Shown one piece after another: positions 50,067 through 61,186 of a stretch of DNA of 64,000 nt. Origin of the DNA: Endomicrobiales bacterium (lineage in GTDB: Bacteria > Elusimicrobiota > Endomicrobiia > Endomicrobiales > CAWCFT01); contig CAWCFT010000004.1 of assembly GCA_963794945.1 (NCBI GenBank), positions 96,001 to 160,000 of the forward strand, given 5' to 3'. Made by a program: the position numbers and the translations under genes. Each line of letters opens with the position of its first letter. Positions within the stretch are counted from its first letter, which is position 1. Under the pieces are notes generated by a model, which searched no databases, was not told where the DNA came from, and saw nothing but the letters and a program-made list of their open reading frames with translations.

Positions 50067-51335
50067 TCAGAACGTAGTATCAAATTTCATATCGCTCAAC
50101 CAGTCGGAACGCATCTGGTCCAGGCTTCTGCAAAATATCTTTTCGAAGGCATCGTTCAAATTAGACCCGTTATGCAGTTCATCAAGCATATTCTTTATAT
50201 TGATGTCCCATCCTTTGTCTATCAGATAGGCAACAAATATTTTGGAAAACGCATAAGCGAAGTTGACGTCTGCCTGAGAGGTAGTGGAATGGAACATCTT
50301 ATCTACTGCATCCATCGGAGGCACACCTCCAACCGCGAGCCGGTCTTTTACAGTCTTTTTCTCGCCATAGCTTATCTCGGCCTTATCGGGCATGTTCTCG
50401 TAGCACTGGGCCAGGCCTTCGTTGAGCCATGTCGGTATGTTATTTCCCACAACATAGCGTATATAAGCGTGCATGTATTCGTGATATACCAGCTGCCGAA
50501 GGCGCCTCTTGTCCCCTTCCGCGTCACATTTGCGCAGCCTTATCTTTCCATCATAGGCTCCGGCGAACCAATCAGGCTGTCCTAAAACAGTCTGAAATTC
50601 TTCCTGAGTGTAGATTATCACAGTCACCGGCTCATTGGGGAATGTACCGAGTTTCCAGCCAACGTTATTGTAAGCATCTTCGAGCATATCCAAGACTTCC
50701 TGCGACGCGCTCCACATTTCAAAACCTTCGTACCGTACTTTGAAGTGGTACCTGCCGGCATCGTGAAGCTTGCCGTTCGTTTCCATTTCCCTGTTAAGCT
50801 TATCGAGTTTCTGTTGTACAACTGTCTTTGACGGGTCAAGCGCCAGCGCCCTCTGCCACTGCTCCTGGGCGTTGGGATAATCGTCGTTGTCGTAATACGC
50901 CTGCCCCAGCAGGGAACGGGCCTCGGCAAGCGAATCGTTGTTTTCAATGGACTCTTTGAGCAGCGGTATTACTTCCTGGCCGTTATTTGCATTATACCGC
51001 CGGTAGGCTTCGTTTGTCAGTATGCCGGCAAGATTCTTTTTTATGGGGCCGGCCTGGGGATCCAGCTCTAGCGCTTTCTTGATGTAATGGTAAGCTGTGT
51101 CGAAATTGCCTTTGTTGTTGTAGTCCATCGCCGCGTTGTTGTAAGCTATAACAAGGTTATTTTTGATGTTAGCATCGTCAGGGGCCTCGGTGTGCGCCGC
51201 CGAAAGGTACTGTACCGCCTCATCGAACCTGCCGGCGTTCATAGCCGCAACCCCCTGGCTGTTATCTTCAACAGCCGAGCAATAAGCGGCTGATACGCAG
51301 AATAACAGCATGAACACCGCACTGATAATTTTCAT
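50067..51335 (-). CDS. Secreted TPR protein with peptidase MA-like metallopeptidase domain
   Basis: Signal peptide, multiple TPRs, GAYDGKIR, HEYMH, PTWLNEGLA. Confidence 0.85.
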   Translation of the reverse strand: MKIISAVFMLLFCVSAAYCSAVEDNSQGVAAMNAGRFDEAVQYLSAAHTEAPDDANIKNNLVIAYNNAAMDYNNKGNFDTAYHYIKKALELDPQAGPIKKNLAGILTNEAYRRYNANNGQEVIPLLKESIENNDSLAEARSLLGQAYYDNDDYPNAQEQWQRALALDPSKTVVQQKLDKLNREMETNGKLHDAGRYHFKVRYEGFEMWSASQEVLDMLEDAYNNVGWKLGTFPNEPVTVIIYTQEEFQTVLGQPDWFAGAYDGKIRLRKCDAEGDKRRLRQLVYHEYMHAYIRYVVGNNIPTWLNEGLAQCYENMPDKAEISYGEKKTVKDRLAVGGVPPMDAVDKMFHSTTSQADVNFAYAFSKIFVAYLIDKGWDINIKNMLDELHNGSNLNDAFEKIFCRSLDQMRSDWLSDMKFDTTF

Positions 51336-52003
51336 TGTTTTTGTTCTTTTGCCTTCTCTCGTTCAACCTTCTTTATGTCTTTCCATAAACTTTTAACCAG
51401 CAGGTGAACACAGTCCTCTTCGGCGTCCATAACATTGTCGCCCTCTTCGATGAACGAGCCTACCCAAACGATCTCGGCTGTCTCAACATCAATGATCTTA
51501 GCAACCAGGCCGATCTGGGGGTTGGTCGTTACCGTTACAGGATAGCGGCGTTTGTCAACCTTCGTTTTAGTGCCGGTTTGCTGGATCCTATTGTCGATTT
51601 TTTTGTAAACAGGAACAGAAAAATAGGTATCGTCCTCTTCCGTGTGAGTCTTGCTTTGCTTAGGCGAATAATACGTCACTTCGCCTACCAGCAGGCCGTC
51701 CACTCCAAGCAGCTGCCCCAGTTTCTTTGTTGTATCGGGGTCTTCAAGGCCTGATGCCGCGATCTTCTGTTCTTTCAGGACTCTATCAAGCTTGTTCCTC
51801 TCAACGGTTTTAAACCCCTTTTTGATAAGCTGCTGCGCGAAAATATCTTCTATACCGCTTATTTTCTTGGGGTTGTCAAATTTTGATATCCCGATATTCT
51901 TGAGGTTATTAAAATTATAGGTATGGCTTACGACAGTACGCGGCGTCGCGCAGCCTGAAAGAACTGCCGCAAAGAGTAAAGCCATTAAAAGTTTAAACGA
52001 CAT
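51332..52003 (-). CDS. CsgG/HfaB-like lipoprotein
   Basis: Lipobox LSGC, VER..LD.VL.EQ, LGQLLGVD, IIDVETAEIVW. Confidence 0.8.
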   Translation of the reverse strand: MSFKLLMALLFAAVLSGCATPRTVVSHTYNFNNLKNIGISKFDNPKKISGIEDIFAQQLIKKGFKTVERNKLDRVLKEQKIAASGLEDPDTTKKLGQLLGVDGLLVGEVTYYSPKQSKTHTEEDDTYFSVPVYKKIDNRIQQTGTKTKVDKRRYPVTVTTNPQIGLVAKIIDVETAEIVWVGSFIEEGDNVMDAEEDCVHLLVKSLWKDIKKVEREKAKEQKQ

Positions 52004-52027
52004 TTTAATTACCTCCCCAGTGATTTA

Positions 52028-52534
52028 TTATTTTATTTTATCAAAAAGAGAAAACGCGAAAAACATTTCGCCTATCAGCATCACGCTGAAACTAAGTTTG
52101 AACAGCCTGAACTTGTCGTTCGCTATCCCTGCGTTGACAACTATCTGCCTGCACAGGTTCTCGTGATACCCATTGCCCCTTATCTTGCACTCCATCGACT
52201 TTTCCATGATATCAATATAGCCGTCAACGCTGTATTTCACAATGTCTCCGTAATAAAGCGTGTTATCGCTCTCCCCAGGCTTTGCGCTCACGCGGTTTAT
52301 GTGGTACAGCCAGGCTGTCAGCCGCGATTTTGGCAGGAACGACACTACGCACAGAAACACCGACGCACCCAGGAACACAAAGCTCGCTTCGAACCATAGA
52401 TTATAATGAACATTAATGAACCTCACGGCTGTCAGCTGAAGCCCGAGAAAGGTAAGGATATTTATATTTTTGCCTTCCGCGTACCGCACGAGTGAATCTA
52501 TAGTGTCAAATATTTTCCATAAAGCTTGTTCCAT
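52028..52534 (-). CDS. Pycsar-type (DUF5706-like) three-TM effector homologue
   Basis: LVRYAEGK, two TMs ending LP, N.LYYGDI, QI..NA.IA..KF, final TM. Confidence 0.7.
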   Translation of the reverse strand: MEQALWKIFDTIDSLVRYAEGKNINILTFLGLQLTAVRFINVHYNLWFEASFVFLGASVFLCVVSFLPKSRLTAWLYHINRVSAKPGESDNTLYYGDIVKYSVDGYIDIMEKSMECKIRGNGYHENLCRQIVVNAGIANDKFRLFKLSFSVMLIGEMFFAFSLFDKIK

Positions 52535-52560
52535 CTAAAACCTCCCAAATAATATCAGAG

Positions 52561-52710
52561 AAATATCAAATATCAAATGTCAAAATTAAGGTTAACAGCT
52601 TGAATAATACAACCTTCCGCTTAAAAATAATTTCTACTTTATTACTTTGTTATTGAATCTATCTCTAAATTTTGATTTGTCATTTTGATTTTTGATTCTT
52701 GATATTTGAT
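52561..52710. repeat. Periodic palindromic intergenic element, CAAATAT class
   Basis: AAATAT CAAATAT CAAATGT CAAAATT ... CATTTTG ATTTTTG ATTCTTG ATATTTG. Confidence 0.85.
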
Positions 52711-52769
52711 TATCTCAATATCTTGAACTCATCTTTCTTTTGGCATTACCAATATCAGAGTAAGGTGGC

Positions 52770-54351
52770 TTAATGAGTATGCACCTGATGCCCTTCACGC
52801 CCGTGCAGCAAACTGTTCTTGAAGCTGTAAGTAAAATATATCCCAAGCCCTATTATAAGCCAGAACCACGAACCTTATCCAAGTTATATTGGGCAAACCA
52901 GTCATCAGAAAAATGCAAGCAGCTACACCCAGAAGCGGGACTACAGGGCTGAAAGGAACTTTGAACGCTCTCTGGCGGCCCGGTTCCTTTACCCTTAGTA
53001 TTATAACTCCGAAGCACACAAGGACGAACGCGAAAAGAGTGCCTATATTTGTCAGGTCAACCATCTCTTCTATGTTCGTAAATGCCGCAACCGAGGCTAT
53101 GATAACGCCGGTAACAATGGTGGTCACGTGAGGCGTTTTGTGCACCGGGTGCACGCGCGCAAACACTGAAGGCAAGAGGCCATCGCGCGCCATTGAGAAA
53201 AATATCCTCGATTGCCCCATCTGGAGCACAAGCAGCACCGCTATCTGGGCGACTATTGAGCCGAACCCAACTACCACTCCCGCCCAGTTCATGTTGATGT
53301 AGCGCATAGCAAGCGCCAGCGGCTCAGCTTTCTCATGGGCCATAGAGTTTTTCAGGACATCGAAAGGTATAATCCCGGTAAAAACCGCTGCAACTAGCAT
53401 ATAAATTATCGTGCAGATTATAAGCGAGCCTATGATGCCGATAGGCATATCGCGCTTGGGGTTGCGGGTCTCTTCAGCCATTGTTGATACACAGTCAAAA
53501 CCGATATACGCGAAAAATACTACTGCCGCAGCCGCTTTTATACCAGGAAAGCCGTTCGGCGCGAAAGGCACCCAGTTAGATGCTTTGAAAAAATGGGCTC
53601 CGAGCGCCACAAAAAATCCAAGCACGAGCAATTTAATTGTTACAATGATAATATTAAAACGCGAGCTTTCTTTTATCCCTATAACAAGCAGCCATGTCAG
53701 GAACAACACTACTATGCTTGCCGGCAGGTTGCAGATGAACGGTATACCCATCACGTGCGGGGCGCTCTGGACAGCGTCCCAAGTGCGCTGAAGGCCCGGG
53801 TCAAGCTGCGCGAACGGCACACCCTTTGCCAGTAGCGCCGAAGCCTTTTGGAAACCCTGCATCGCGGTGCGGAAATCAAAGGTTGTCCATGGCGGTAAGT
53901 TGATGCCCATGCTGTGCAAAAGCCCCACAAAATAACCTGACCAGCTTATTGAAACGGCTATGCTGCCAACGCAGTATTCAAGCATCAGGTCCCATCCTAT
54001 TATCCAAGCTATAAGCTCGCCAAAGGTTGCGTAAGAGTACGTGTAGGCGCTGCCGGATATGGGTACAAGCGAAGCGAACTCCGCATAACAAAGAGCCGCA
54101 AATCCGCAGGCAACACCAGTTATGGCGAATGAAACCATCAGAGCCGGCCCAGCCCCGGGCCTGAGCGCGTCGCCAGCGGCGGCAGTCCCAACAGTGGCAA
54201 AAATCCCCGCGCCTATTATTACACCAACACCGAAAAGTATAAGCTCAACCGGCCCAAGGACTTTTTTAAGCTTGTGCCCGGGCTCTTGCCCTTCTGCCAG
54301 TATCATGTTGAGGTCTTTAAGCCTGAAAAGCTGTTTCGAGAGTTTGTTCAT
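52770..54351 (-). CDS. APC-family amino-acid permease (frame break near 52862)
   Basis: IIGAGIF, CYAEFAS..P.SGSAY, FAYIGFD, AEETRNP, ARDGLLP. Confidence 0.92.
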
Positions 54352-54424
54352 ATAGCTCCCTTTGCGTATTACGCTTATGTTTCTTTAGTGTACACCTTGT
54401 ACGAGCACGCAAATTGTTGGCTTA

Positions 54425-57402
54425 TTATTTCACCAGCAGTATCTTAAATGTCTTCCTGTTGCCTTTACCATCCGACACATGTACTATGTAAGTTCCGGAA
54501 GACGCCTTTCCGCCGCCTTGTATTGTGCCATCCCATGGTGTCACAACACCGTTCGCATCTGCTTTAAGTGTTTGGACCAGGTTACCGGCAAGTGTGAATA
54601 TTTTAATATCTGCGTTTGGCGTAATACCGGCAAAATTTATCTTACCACCCAGCGAAAGATTCGCAAAAGAAGGATATGGATGAGCGTTGTCAAGTGTATT
54701 CTCACCCGTGCTCGTATTGCTGGCGGCTATTATTAATACAACCTTTTGGAGCTCAACACCGGCCGCATACGTTCCGGATGAGTTACACGCTTCAAACCAG
54801 TAGCTATATGTACCTGGATTAGGGATTACGTAGTTATATACATAGTCCATGCCTACAATGTAATTGACAGGCGTTTCAAGTGTAGTCATTGTAAACGGAC
54901 TTCCGGCTATTTCAACGCTGTTTGAATTGGATATATGCAGTTTGGGATAACCAGTTTTGGGAGCGCACGCCCGGGTCCGCGTAATGTATCCCGAAATTTA
55001 TTGAAGTTGTTACTGTGCCGGAAGACTGCTTTGAGCCGTTCACAAAACCCGCCTCCCAGCTTAAAGTCGGCGGGCTGATCGCTGCAACAACATTGTTAGC
55101 CAGAGCAAAATTGACAGTGGTTGTTTGTCCGAACGCTACCGCCTGCCCCGATTTTGTCTGTGTAACGTAGCCTGTTGAAGACACGGTTACGCTGTAAACC
55201 CCTGTGGCAACCTGCATTGAATAATTGCCTGAATTGTTTGATATTGCCTGCACTGTAGTCGTGCCACTTTGAAGCGCCAGAACTATCGCCCCGGTAAGCG
55301 CCGTTATACCATCTGATTTGGTTATTTGGCCTAAAATTGTCCCGGTATTTGCCGGCTGTGCAGCAAGCGCGAAATTAACCGTTGTTGTTTGCCCGGTTGC
55401 TATTATCTGCCCGGATTGCATTTGGGTAATGTAACCTGTTGATGACGCGGTTACGTTGTAAGTTCCCGTGACAACCTGCATTGAATAGTTGCCTGAATTG
55501 TTTGATATTGCCTGCACTGCCGTTGTTGTGCCGCTCTGAAGCGCCTGTATGATAGCGCCCTGAATAGAAGTTATGCCGTCCGTTTGCGTAACTTTGCCCG
55601 CAATTATGCCGGTGGAAGGCACTACAACTGGCGCGGAATTTACCATGAAGCCGTTTGTAAGCGTTGCCGAAACTGCTCCTCCTGCGCCTGTAGAAACAAT
55701 CACATCCCAATAACCCGTAGCAAGCCCTGTTAAATTAATCGTACACGTTATCTGGCTGGAACTTACAACTACAGCGTTACTGGCCGTTATCGAGCTTTGG
55801 CCCAATTTTGCCAATTGAACTGTTGAACCGTTCACAAACCCGCTCCCAGATAGATTATTTATTGATGTCGGCCCAGAATTTATCCCGCTGTTCGGCGTTA
55901 CTGATGTCACTGTTGGAATGGTTGTGTATGCTTTCAGGCATACGTTTGTGTTTGAATATAGAGTTGTAATATCTGTCCATGAAGTACCGTTACTGCTAAC
56001 GTAACTCTGCCCCGCGGAAGCGGTTGCCTGGCTGCTATAGCTTGAAATAGGGTTTTCTATGGCAATCGGGTAATTATAACCCGGAGTTGTTACTTCTGCA
56101 ACGATACAAAATTTTTGACCGGGAATAATAGGAAGCAGGGAATTCAGTTGAATCGTGTGGTATCCGGCTACAGGCATTGTACCTGTTCTGGCTTGCCAAT
56201 AGCCCTGTAAATGAAGCGCCGTTAAAACCGCTATAAATATTTATTGTGTAACTTGTATTCACGCTTAAGGCGTAAAAACCTATGGCGTTCAATTCTTCAT
56301 TAGCGCTAGCGGTAAAAATATTGGCAAACCACGCGGTGTTGCTAGAATAGCCAAGAGAGGTGGTCATGCCAAGCGGGTCATACTGGTAAACATTATGATG
56401 GTTTCCTGTCGATTCGGCGTCATCAAAAACTGTAAGGTCAGTGGCTATATCAGAATCATAATAGGAAATATAAAAATACCCGCCGTCGCCCCAATCTGTT
56501 CCCCAGCTGTTCCGAATTATAAACGCGCCGTTTCCAGGTGGTGTGATAGAAAAATTGCTCGCCGGATAATTGTCATTCCAGCCGACTATTGCAACAGCAT
56601 GATTAGTAGTAGTCGTAGTTGACCCGTTAAAATAATAAGATGTTGTATTCAAGTTGAGGTAGCCGTCACTGGTATCTTCATCCATGTACATAGATGTCAT
56701 GACGGCGCCGTAGCTTGTGACCATTCCTTTTATATTGTCATTGTCAGTTGAACTGCTTCTATCCGGCAGAAAAAGCGCTTCCTGAATATGCTTTTGAACC
56801 GGTAGCCCCGATGAAGACGAAGACCAACCTGCCGCGTCGCTTGGATAGTGGTCATCTGATTCATTTACGGGCCCGATCCACCTCGCGAGATATGCCGTTG
56901 ACATCAAATAATTGCCGCCGCCGGACTCTCCAAGGTCATACCCGGTTAAATTTACAAGGTTTTTTTCTGAAAAATCCCAGGTTTGGGCGGGCAAAAGACA
57001 GGATTCCATTGAACCATATGTGGCAAAAGACCAGCAGGTGTTATATTGGCCTTGATCCTTCACAACTGTAAGTTTTCCCTGTGAGCGAAGATCATATGAT
57101 GCAGGGTAAGGCGACTGACCCACTACCGGCCCAGCCAGGCCTTGAACCGCCGTAACCTGCTTTACAACCTTTTGGCCTTTCATATGAGAACGGTCGAACG
57201 GAGCGGGAACCAATCCCAAAGAGTGCCTTTTTCTTTTTTGTTTTCGCGCTTTGACGTTCTGCTGGTTCTGGATATAATCCTGAAAATCCGGCTTGACTGG
57301 GGCAAGGCTAGGGCTGGCATACGCGAACGCGAATAGCCCACCAAGAAAGATAAAAATGAGAAACGAAATTCCTGTCTTTATGTTATAATCAAGATTTTTC
57401 AT
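54425..57402 (-). CDS. Large secreted C1A cysteine protease with lectin-like, IPT/TIG, two carboxypeptidase-regulatory-like repeats and FlgD-Ig/T9SS-like C-terminal domain (frame breaks near 56180 and 54960)
   Basis: DQGQYNTCWSF, NHAVAIVGW, IRNSWG, NVYQYD..G; PTVTSVTP; duplicated G.I.G..T..DG..SGNYS; IKIFTLAGNLV..WDG..SGTY. Confidence 0.75.
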
Positions 57403-57547
57403 AATATATCCAATAAAAAACCACACCGCGCGTTACACACAATGTGGTTCAACAATCCAAACAGGTCTTCATTTTAATGGTTCTATACAACTCCATGTGG
57501 AGATTCTATCTATTTTTGACTGGTTTTTCAAGAAAAATATCGAACTG

Positions 57548-58841
57548 TCACTTATGCGTAAAGGCATCCATTATTGGCTGGACTATCAGGGCTAAGGTCA
57601 TCCCAATAAGCACGACTGTAGTAGTCCAACCAACTGCGTTCTGAAAACTGTTATTGATATATTCTCCCATTATCTTCTTGTTATTCACCATTAATATCAT
57701 TGATATTATAACCACGGGCAACAATATCGCGTTAAGCACCTGCGACCATATTGTGATGCTTATTAGCGGGCGCCCCGGGCGTGAGAATTATAAGAACGGC
57801 CACCAAAATGATAAACGTGAACAGCGTGTAGAACTGCGGCGCCTCGTTCATTTTTTTGTTTATTCCGGCCTCAAAACCGAATGCCTCGCACACATAGAAA
57901 GCCGTCGCGATCGGGAGGATGGCCGCCGAAAATATTGAAGCCACAAACAGGCCGAAAGCGAAAAGCTGGGACGCGAATATGCCGGCGAAGGGTTTTAGCG
58001 CCATGGCCGCGTCTTTCGCTTCGTTTATGGTTATGTTGTTGACGTTAAGTGTAGCGGCGCAGGCTATAATTATGAAGAAAGCCACAACTATGGTCGCTAT
58101 ACACCCTATCATGACATCCCAGAAAACATACTTGTAATCTTCTATCTTCACACCTTTTTCAATGACAGCCGACTGCATGTAAAACTGCATCCATGGCGCG
58201 ACCGTGGTGCCTACAATGCCGAGCACCATAGTTAGATAATCCGCGTTCATGTGCAGGTCCGGCGCCATAAGCGACTGGGTAACCTTTGTCCAGTCGGGTT
58301 TAGCTAATATAGCTGAAACAATATAGGAAAGAAGGCAAAAACTGAAGAAGAGGAATATCCTTTCAGAGATCTTGTAATCGCCTTTTACTACGAGTATCCA
58401 TACGACCGCCGCTGTCAGCGGCACAGATATATATTTACTGACACCGAATATCATAAGGCTTCCTGCGACACCCGCAAATTCGGTAGCTGTGTTGCCTATA
58501 TCGGCCGTGACTAGCCCTAGAAAAATAAAGAACGTTATCTTTACGCCGAAATTCTCCCTTATAAGGTCCGCAAGGCCTTTACCGGTAACTATACCCATCC
58601 TCGCGTTCATCTCCTGCACAACCAGAAGGATAACAAACGATGGGATAAGGGTCCATAGCAGCTTGTAGCCGTATATAGCGCCGGCCACTGAATATGTCGT
58701 TATGCCGCCGGCATCGTTATCAACGCTGCCTGTTATTATTCCGGGCCCGAGCACGGCGAGGAAGATCAGTATGTTCCTGACCATTGGCGATTCCTTTATT
58801 TTGGTGAAAAGGCTCACGTTCACATGTCCGTTGTTTTCCAT
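57548..58841 (-). CDS. NRAMP-related divalent metal transporter (frame break near 57772)
   Basis: GPGII..DNDAGGITTY, QEMNARMG.VTGKGL, GTTVAPW. Confidence 0.88.
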
Positions 58842-58843
58842 TA

Positions 58844-60130
58844 TTATCTCTCTATTTCTTCTTTAGTTATCGGAAAGACGGCCTCGAGGGCGTCTTTTAT
58901 TGTTATTATGCCCTGCATTTTGTTCTGCTTGTCAACCACGGGTACTACGGTGAAATCATATTTATAGAACACCTTGGCGACATCACGGACATCGGTTTCT
59001 GCGCGTACGCGGGCGGGGCGTTTTCGCATGAACTCCATAACCGGCCTTTCCGGAGGGGCCATCAAGAGCTGCCTGAGAGTTACAGCGCCGGCAAGGGTGT
59101 CATTATCATCTGCCACGTAGATATAATAAATGCTTTCCTTGTCTTTAAATTCGGTTGTTATCTTTTGAAGGATCTCTCCGGCCGTTAACGCCTGTTTAAC
59201 CATCACGAACTCGACGTTCATTATGCTTCCGGCCATCCTGTTTGTCATTGCCATGAGGCCTTTTATCTGTTTTGATCTATCTTTCGGCAGGAGCGCCAGT
59301 GTAGAGTTAATCTTCTTTCTGGGGAAATGGCAGATGAGGTCGACAGCCTCGTCAACCGGCATTTCGCTCATTATCGCGGAAAGTTTTTCCTGGTCCAGCA
59401 GTTCTGCGGTTTGTATACGCATCTTCGAGCGGAGCTCTTTAAGCGTGTCGGCGGATGTCTCGTTGTCGAGGGTCTTTAATATGGAAAGCCTCTCGTCAGT
59501 ACCGAGGTCAGTAAGGATATCTGCAAGGTCTGCGGGATGTAGTTCGGTAAGCTTCGTTTTCGGGCCTTTGAGCGAAAGATGGCCTCCGCCTTTGTCGGCG
59601 TTGATCGGCTGGACGTATTTCCAGGATATAAGCCTGTCTTTCATCTCGTACGAGAAAAGCCATTTAATCATCGGCTCGAACCACCTGGACCAACCCAGCC
59701 TGCGTATCAGCCCTTTGAACCCTACATCAACGTGCACTACCCAGAGGTTAGGCTCTTCCCTTAACAGGTGGAGGTCGTTGACCCTCACGACTTTCGAGCC
59801 GGAAATATCCACAATCTGCCTATCCCAGAATGTTTCCTTGAGCAATATCTCGTTATCGGACAAATGCACACCGTGGGCCGCATCCTCCATCGAGATCTCG
59901 ATCAGGAAAGCCTTTTCCCCATCAAGTTTTTTTACGCATTTAAACGGTACGGTGGCCAACCCGCCGCCGGAACTCTTCTTTATTATAAGAGCGCTTACTT
60001 TCGGGTACATCTCACGCATGTTCGCCGCAATATCAAATATCTTGCCAGCTTTCTTGCCGGTAGCGGTATCTACAACGGCAACACCTACTATATTAGACAT
60101 ATATATGAAATTCCGGTAAAGACTGTTCAT
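58844..60130 (-). CDS. PRC-barrel + MgtE-N + CBS protein lacking a membrane domain
   Basis: DRQIVD..G..VVRVND, LHPADLADIL, AGSIMN.E, YYIYV, PVVD. Confidence 0.88.
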   Translation of the reverse strand: MNSLYRNFIYMSNIVGVAVVDTATGKKAGKIFDIAANMREMYPKVSALIIKKSSGGGLATVPFKCVKKLDGEKAFLIEISMEDAAHGVHLSDNEILLKETFWDRQIVDISGSKVVRVNDLHLLREEPNLWVVHVDVGFKGLIRRLGWSRWFEPMIKWLFSYEMKDRLISWKYVQPINADKGGGHLSLKGPKTKLTELHPADLADILTDLGTDERLSILKTLDNETSADTLKELRSKMRIQTAELLDQEKLSAIMSEMPVDEAVDLICHFPRKKINSTLALLPKDRSKQIKGLMAMTNRMAGSIMNVEFVMVKQALTAGEILQKITTEFKDKESIYYIYVADDNDTLAGAVTLRQLLMAPPERPVMEFMRKRPARVRAETDVRDVAKVFYKYDFTVVPVVDKQNKMQGIITIKDALEAVFPITKEEIER

Positions 60131-60301
60131 ATTTAATCCGTCAGCCTAAATAATTAATCTCCAGCACGGCCTTAAGTAAAGCTTAATACGCCGTATAATT
60201 TTTGCAACAAAATATTCTTCGATTTGATTCAGGCTATTGATGGCTTTTCAACGGGCCCCGGGTTATCTTTTAGGGTTTTTACTTAGCAAGGAGGACTTTC
60301 T

Positions 60302-60808
60302 TTATCTTTGCAGCTTAACGTTCTCCTGTGATATCAGCCGGCGCACAACTTCGCACGTCGCTTCGGCGCTTTGCAGGGTCAGGTCCTGCAGTTCAGCGGT
60401 TTCCTGTCCGGCATCGTCCAGCCTTTTCTTTAGCGTTTCAAAAACAGCAAATATATTTTCTTTGACGGCAGCAGGATCTATTCTTCCGTCCGGGCTCATC
60501 TGGCCTATCAGCCTCGAGACCCTCTGCTGCGAGACATTTATGCCCGGATGCAAGTTATCAAGCACTGCCTTGAACCTTTGGAAATCCTGGTCTGTGATAT
60601 AATTTTCGGCTTCCGCCAACGTGTTTTGTTTGACTTTTTTGAGCTTTATGCTTTTCTGCAGCAGCACGCAGTCTTTCAAAACACCGTTTACTGCCGACAT
60701 CTGCTCGAGGTCGTTTATTGACGCCCCTCCAGTCACTATCTTCTCGATATAGTTTACCAGGCTGGACAGCTGAACAATAAGCGATTTTGCCGAAGTGGAT
60801 TCCTGCAT
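60302..60808 (-). CDS. Hypothetical protein
   Basis: 168-aa ORF with GGGAG RBS, co-directional with neighbours. Confidence 0.65.
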   Translation of the reverse strand: MQESTSAKSLIVQLSSLVNYIEKIVTGGASINDLEQMSAVNGVLKDCVLLQKSIKLKKVKQNTLAEAENYITDQDFQRFKAVLDNLHPGINVSQQRVSRLIGQMSPDGRIDPAAVKENIFAVFETLKKRLDDAGQETAELQDLTLQSAEATCEVVRRLISQENVKLQR

Positions 60809-60816
60809 TTTGCTCC

Positions 60817-61080
60817 CTACCGTGACATAGCTATGATCCCGACCACAAGCGCCGATACAGAGACCAGCAGCGTCACAAGCATTCCTACGATCAATACCCT
60901 CAAACCTTTGTATACGGAACCTATTTCGCCGTCAAGCGCTTTTACTTTCGACTTAAGCTCATTTATCTCTTTCTGTTCCTGCTCGAGGCCGCTGTTTCCT
61001 CTTACTTTGAAAACGATATCCACCAGCAACGGGACCACCTGAGTAAAAGCCTTCCACGGAACCAACCCGAATAGACCCAT
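60817..61080 (-). CDS. Small hypothetical coiled-coil membrane protein
   Basis: ATG 61080 after GGAGGGG; C-terminal TM. Confidence 0.65.
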   Translation of the reverse strand: MGLFGLVPWKAFTQVVPLLVDIVFKVRGNSGLEQEQKEINELKSKVKALDGEIGSVYKGLRVLIVGMLVTLLVSVSALVVGIIAMSR

Positions 61081-61186
61081 GTTCCCCTCCACTTGATACA
61101 ATATCAAAAATCTAAGCTTAAATATCAAATATTATTCCGTTAGATAATACAATAATATAAAATAAATTTCAATTTTTTCTTAAAGC

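Noticed and set aside
60131..60300. M-box or yybP-ykoY riboswitch upstream of the MgtE-N/NRAMP pair
   Set aside because: Only a modest hairpin is present, and the conserved aptamer motifs were not seen.
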